A DNA stretch of 64,000 bases, taken from NCBI RefSeq assembly GCF_964204645.1, contig NC_134027.1:12184485-12248484 (forward strand), given 5' to 3'. Shown piece after piece: positions 58,672-64,000 of this stretch; within the stretch, counting starts at the first letter, position 1, and the number at the start of each line of letters is the position of its first letter. This DNA comes from Tubulanus polymorphus (lineage: Eukaryota > Animalia > Nemertea). The translations under genes were made by a program, and so were the position numbers. Under the pieces are notes generated by a model that had not been told where the DNA came from, did no database searches, and saw only the letters and a program-made list of their open reading frames with translations.

Positions 58672-59891
58672 GTTTTTGAAGAAGGCTCCACACGCCTGTG
58701 CACACCCGGAAACGAAGGTGTCGCATTATGCGCGACCTATATAGTTTACAAATCTGAATTAAATACGACGTCTACTAAATGATTGAACTATTGAATTGAA
58801 TTCCCAGTAAACGTGATTAGACGAAATCTTTCCTTAAACACTTTTTTCTGCATGTTAATTAAATCATAAGCATGATAGCTAACTAAAGCGGAGTAATATA
58901 AAAGACTTGAGTAATGTGACGTGTCTGAACATTAAATTCAAATTCAAATCGTTTATTGGCTGATTTAAGTGGGTTCGAATCCGACTTTTTGATCCCTTCA
59001 CTCAGCCCTGGCAGTGTTTGCCTCAACGTGATCTGCGTCGGTCTACGATCCTAGTAGTACTACATCAGACACTAAGGGTCTCGGTGAAGATCGTCCCTGA
59101 AAACTCGCCGGTTGTTTACGCTTAATTTCTTGGAGTACGGAGCCTCCCATAATTCTCCAAAATCATGAAATCAAAAATACGTTCCTTTATGTCTTGTTGA
59201 TCACCCATAAAATAATAAACGTTTTTTGTTATGTCCGTCTTGATTTTCAATAACTTAATGAGATTAACATTAATTTAAGAATATTTCGTCACTTTCATTA
59301 AAATTTTACAGAAGAAACAATGAATATTTTCTAATAAATCAAGATTTTCATATCCCCGGCACCCGTAGCGCCGGGAGCAACCACATCAACTAATCTAATT
59401 TAACATATCATCGGGAGTTCTGCGTTTTTGAACGATCAAAAACATAGCTCTCGTTGCTTTATCGTATAAGTACTTTTTTGCCTTAGCAAAGTAAGCATTC
59501 CGCGATGAACTAGCGGCGCCTGTGCGCGCGACGCCTGATTCGTTCAATAAATGTATTTAAATCTGAATTGATTACGATGGGATTTTAATATCCGGAGCCA
59601 TCCCGTATTTGCGATAAACTGGTTATTCAATGGTGTACCCCAAAACATGATAAACTCAATTCAAATTCAATATAATCTTTATTGTCCCATTAGTAAGTGG
59701 CTGCGGAGTGCGGTGTGTAGGTAAACTGTGGATAAACTGATAAATTACCTCAAACTGAACGTTGTAGGTAAGCCTATATATTCATTTTGAATCGAGGATG
59801 CCTAAAATAACCTAAAACAGAATTTCGTCTAATAACGCAATGAAATATGCATCACAAATGTGCACAAAAAATATTAATTTCTGAGAAAAAT

Positions 59892-61194
59892 CACAGGGGC
59901 TTGTAAACTGGCTTGGATTTTACTTCCGGGTTGTTGATAATCTCGCGAGAATGGCACTAAATTTAAACTGCAAATAAATTCAAAATATCACAGAAATACC
60001 TCGTGTTGATGTTGTTTATTTATCCACTATAGAGTTTTGATAAACAATTGGCTGTTAACCCTTTCGCTACGTGTGACGTTTTGGAAACGTCATATGAGTG
60101 ACACGTGCTGTGCGTATGACGTTGTAGAAACGTCATGCACCTATTGATTTATAACTCGAACGCGTACACAGCAAACAGTATGGAAACGCATGTAAGACAA
60201 GATAGTTAGCTTTCGAAACAACAGATGGCGAAAATGCGTCAGTAGTTGGTGCTGTCAGCCTGTTGAGCACATGGTAATTTGCGCGGGATTGAGATGGCTC
60301 CCCACTTACGTACCTCTACCAGCGGAAAAGGATATCCCATATCAATTGAATTTCTTTCATCCACACCGTAGCATCAATCACCAAAGACTGAGATAGGCAC
60401 TTGGGTGAAAAACTGAAAAAAAAAAATTTCTAACCCATCCTGACCCCCCCCCAACACGCCCCCCCCTACAGAAAAGGCTGTTGGTATGATTTTTTACTGA
60501 TTTTCACTAAATAACATCATAATCTTCGATAAAAACGCGAAAAATCGGGGTTAAAAACAATTTGAAAAAAATCGAATTTTTCGGAAAATACCTTACGTAC
60601 GGGGCGGTGCAAGCGTGTACGCAGCGAAAGGGTTAAGGATCAGTATCAGCGGGCGCGACACCTTACTATATTAAAATAACAAGGGATGAAACGGCTTCGC
60701 TTTTGCCTGTGACCGTATTGATGCGGCGGAAACCACTGCGCATGCGCGGCAACTTTCCGAAAGGTTAAGATCAGTTCAAGTTCAATTGATTCTTCTCAAA
60801 AACCTATGTCAAGCCAAGGCAATCACACTTCTAAGGAAATTATCAATTTTTGAATTGATGTAGAAAAACTATAATGTGTAGTTTGATTGACAGCTCACAA
60901 GCGCTCGGAAGTTGCCGCGCATGCGCAGTGGTTTCCGCCGCATCAATACGGTCACCGGCAAAAGCGAAGCCGTTTCATCCCTTGTTATTTTAATATAGTA
61001 AGGTGTCGCGCCCGCTGATACTGATCCTTAACAGCCAATTGTTTATCAAAACTCTATAGTGGATAAATAAACAACATCAACACGAGGTATTTCTGTGATA
61101 TTTTGAATTTATTTGCAGTTTAAATTTAGCGCCATTCTCGTGAGATTATCAACAACCCGGAAGTAAAATCCAAGCCAGTTTACAAGCCCCTGTG
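59892..61194. mobile_element. Foldback-type DNA transposon with ~290-bp TIRs and a 7-bp TSD
   Basis: CACAGGGGCTTGTAAAC... / ...GTTTACAAGCCCCTGTG; GAAAAAT on both sides (59885-91, 61195-201). The left arm is interrupted by an insertion. Confidence 0.85.
60059..60632. mobile_element. piggyBac-type MITE nested in the foldback element
   Basis: TTAA-CCCTTTCGCT...AGCGAAAGGG-TTAA. The right arm of the host element retains the empty TTAA site (GATCCTTAACAGCC). Confidence 0.9.
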
Positions 61195-61332
61195 GAAAAA
61201 TATCAAAAAATTCGGCGAAGTGGATATTTAACCGTATACGGCAAAGTATTTACTTCCGCTATTTTACGACCGTACATTATTGCTACATATATAGTATTAA
61301 CTCATAAGATGAGAGTAACAATAAAATCATTA

Positions 61333-62627
61333 TTAGCCCACTTGGGACTTTAGTCCCAGCGGGCTATTGCGTTCACTTTTCGTCCGCCATCCGTCCATCC
61401 GTAGACGGAATCCAGTTTTTTTGGGAAGTTTTGAAGACGCTTCAAGGTAATGTCTTGATATTTGGGTTACACATGTATCTACCCTATAGACACATCTTCA
61501 GCCCAAAAACTGGCCTGGCAGAATCAAGATGGCCGACTGGCAGCCATTGTTGTTCGCCAAAATCATCACTTTTTAGGCCTACACATTTTTGAAATTTTTG
61601 AGGGAAATTTTTAAGATGCTTTGATCAATTACCTCGATCTTTCCGATATATGTGAATCCCCCCAGGGCCCATCAGCATAACAAAAATTGGGTCGATCGGA
61701 CTCAAGATGGCCGTCCTATGACCTTTTAAGTGCCCAATAATGTTAATTTTAGCCCAAATTCGGAGTCCTGTAGCTTCCTACTGGTTGGCCATTTCTCATT
61801 GCAATTTGTGATGGGTATTCTTTGAAAAGGAATGTTTTATATAGGCCCTATGAGACAGGTATTTTTTCATCGGCCAATTATGACGCGATTGGCAGCCATC
61901 TTGGTGTCACCAGTACTCATTCGTAAGTGGGAAAAAGTTTTTCCACATTATATTGATACCTAAGCGTATTTTGCTACCACAATCAATTAGAAAGTTGTAG
62001 CTCATAACGTGTTCTATGATTGTGGTGAGTTTCAAGGTCATTGGATTTTGTATATGGCCACCAGGGGGCGTTGAATGATACAATATCTTAGCATTTCTTT
62101 ATTATATTCGTACCTATGCATATTTTGTAACCACAATCAATTGGAAAGTTGTAGCTCATGACATCATCTATGATTTTTGCGAGTTTTAAGGACATTAGTT
62201 ATTCTATATGGTCACCAGGGGGCGTTGAATAGTAGAATAACTTAGTATTTCCTTATTATATTGGTACCTAGGCATATTTTGTTACCATGATCAATTGCAA
62301 AGTTGTAGTTCATGACATGTTCTATGATTGTGGTGAGTTTCGAGGTCATTGGGTTTTGAATATGGTCACCAGGGGTCGTTGAATAGTAGAATAACTTAGT
62401 ATTTCAATATTAAATTGGTAACGAGGCATATTTTGTTATCACAATCAATTACAAAATCGTAGCTGCTGACATGTTCTATGATTGTGGTCAGTGACATGTT
62501 CTATGATTGTGGTCAGTTTCAAGGTCATTGGTTTTTGTCACCAGGGAGCGTTGAATTTTGAAATTGTTAGATTGTTGAGCATTTGAAACCACTTCCCACG
62601 TGGGCATGGTGTCCCTGGACCCCTAGT
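61333..62627 (+). mobile_element. Full-length Helentron-associated non-autonomous element with a ~152-bp internal satellite
   Basis: 5' TTAGCCCAC subTIR plus inverted repeat; CGTCC microsatellite; tandem units; 3' GTGGGCAT, GTCC-CT-GGAC hairpin and CTAGT. Confidence 0.85.
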
Positions 62628-62959
62628 ATTGGGTTTAGGGTTAGGGTTTCGGTAGGGTAAGTGCACAGGGGCTCGTATTTAAGTTTGGGGGTGAACTGTA
62701 TCTTAGATCATCCAGTATCCCTGGTATGTATATGTATAGTATAAGGGATACTGGATGATCTACTGTCTGTCACACCTGCTCTCCGTGCGACGTTTTGGTC
62801 CGTAATTTCGTTAATAATCGGTTTATCTCTGAATATTATGCATCAATTTGTTCAGTAAGGAATTTGCATTCAGAAATAAATCGGAGAGCGTTGTTTTCTA
62901 TCTGCCACAGCATATCGCCTCCACAGCGCATGTGCAGCGGAAGTAAACAAACACACGTG

Positions 62960-63120
62960 TCTGCTCTGGTGGATAGAAAATACCGACTTGATGTCGATTT
63001 CTATCCGTCAGAGCAGAATCCTTCAACTGCTCTGGTGGATAGAAAATACCAACAAGATGTCGATTTCTATCAGTCAGAGCAGAATCCTTCAACTGCTGTG
63101 GTGGATAGAAAATACCCACA
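62960..63120. repeat. 66-bp tandem repeat, about 2.5 copies
   Basis: CTGCTCTGGTGGATAGAAAATACC...GATTTCTATC...CAGAGCAGAATCCTTCAA is repeated. Confidence 0.85.
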
Positions 63121-63169
63121 ATCACGATAGGTAAAACACAATATCCGTGTTGACGCGATGAGGAGAGAA

Positions 63170-64000
63170 TCCCACAATGATAATAAAAAGTCCGAAAATG
63201 AAACTTCGAGATAGTAGTTTATTCAACGTTTCGACTATATCCTAATAGTCATCTTCAGGAATAATGAGATACTACAGAAATTATGAGATATATATACAAT
63301 CCAGGGACAAAGAGACTAATTCAAGTAATCAGAGATGATACAAACTAAAGGAAAATTAACGTAGAAACAGTTACACGCTAAAATAGATTAAAGGGAAGCA
63401 AACTAAGGGGTGATTATAAACAACAATAGTGAGTATAAATATAAATGAAACTTAAAGTCAGTAGTAAAAAGAAAGACAAACTAGGGGGCACTTAAATTAA
63501 AACAAAGGTGAATACAAGTTAAGTCAGAGACGTTCAAGTAAGTGTTGATTATGGCGAAGGTGCGACGGAGAGAACGAACCGAGCACCGGAGATAACTGTT
63601 TCGCGAGAAATTTAGATAACCGGTATGTAGGAGAATTACAATTGGAGACTATAGGGCGCAGTGGAACATTATCTTTATGAATTTTAGGCAATCCATAGAT
63701 ATATGGTAAAGAGGGAAGACGTATTAAGAATATTATCCCTGGCAACGACAAATTTATATCATTTGATGTTACTTCCCTTTTTACCAATGTTCCTCTTGGA
63801 CCTACTCTTGATTTCTTAAAACGCAGATTACCATCACTTAACATTAACTTCGGCATTCCTACGGATTGTATCATCGACCTTATCTCTATTTGTACGACGG
63901 ACTCCTTTTTTGAATTCAACAATTGTTTTTACGAGCAGACATTCGGTATCGCTATGGGAAATCCTCTAAGTCCTATTCTAGCTAATTTATTCCTAGAACA
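63170..64000. mobile_element. Penelope-like retroelement, rearranged; runs off the window end
   Basis: Minus strand 63526-63720 encodes YGLPKIHK..PLRPIVS. Plus strand from ~63720 encodes FISFDVTSLFTNVP...YEQTFGIAMGNPLSPILANLF. The adjacent pLTR-like region has a hammerhead motif. Confidence 0.9.
63221..63262 (-). ncRNA. Minimal type I hammerhead ribozyme (Penelope-associated)
   Basis: Minus strand reads AUUC-CUGAAGA-U-GACUAU-uaggau-AUAGUC-GAAAC-GUU-GAAU: conserved core, stem II, stem I AUUC/GAAU, palindromic AACGUU in place of stem III. Confidence 0.8.

Noticed and set aside
58968-58990. GGGTTCGAATCC as a tRNA gene
   Set aside because: Only a B-box/T-arm-like fragment with no cloverleaf; probably a SINE remnant.
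62630-62660. TTAGGG telomeric repeat
   Set aside because: Only about two perfect units; too short to call an interstitial telomere.
62704-62762. Short hairpin (also 6511-6566) as a structured RNA gene
   Set aside because: More simply an internally deleted MITE; no RNA family features.

Overview
AT-rich eukaryotic DNA from an invertebrate animal (host type inferred from the intron-containing genes and the repeat families), mostly mobile elements. From 5' to 3' it holds: (1) the 3' part of a decayed Helentron-type Helitron (PIF1 helicase plus EEP endonuclease, and a separate RPA-like OB-fold ORF); (2) an intronless class A GPCR; (3) a complete but decayed 16.4-kb Polinton/Maverick endogenous virus at 10445-26842, with a 6-bp TSD (TCTGCC), 412-bp TIRs, pPolB, capsids, packaging ATPase and integrase, but no recognisable protease; (4) an intact BEL/Pao LTR retrotransposon at 30180-36586; (5) a 12-exon EDEM1 gene on the minus strand, whose introns hold a Gypsy remnant, Helentron-associated satellite elements and MITEs; (6) a nested foldback element; (7) a rearranged Penelope element with a hammerhead ribozyme. 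The Polinton is the most striking object. Each end folds into a 189-bp hairpin, and nearly every gene starts with TAAATG, preceded by either a T-tract or an A-tract. That resembles poxvirus late/intermediate promoters and suggests (inference only) a hairpin-ended virus that depends on a helper virus.
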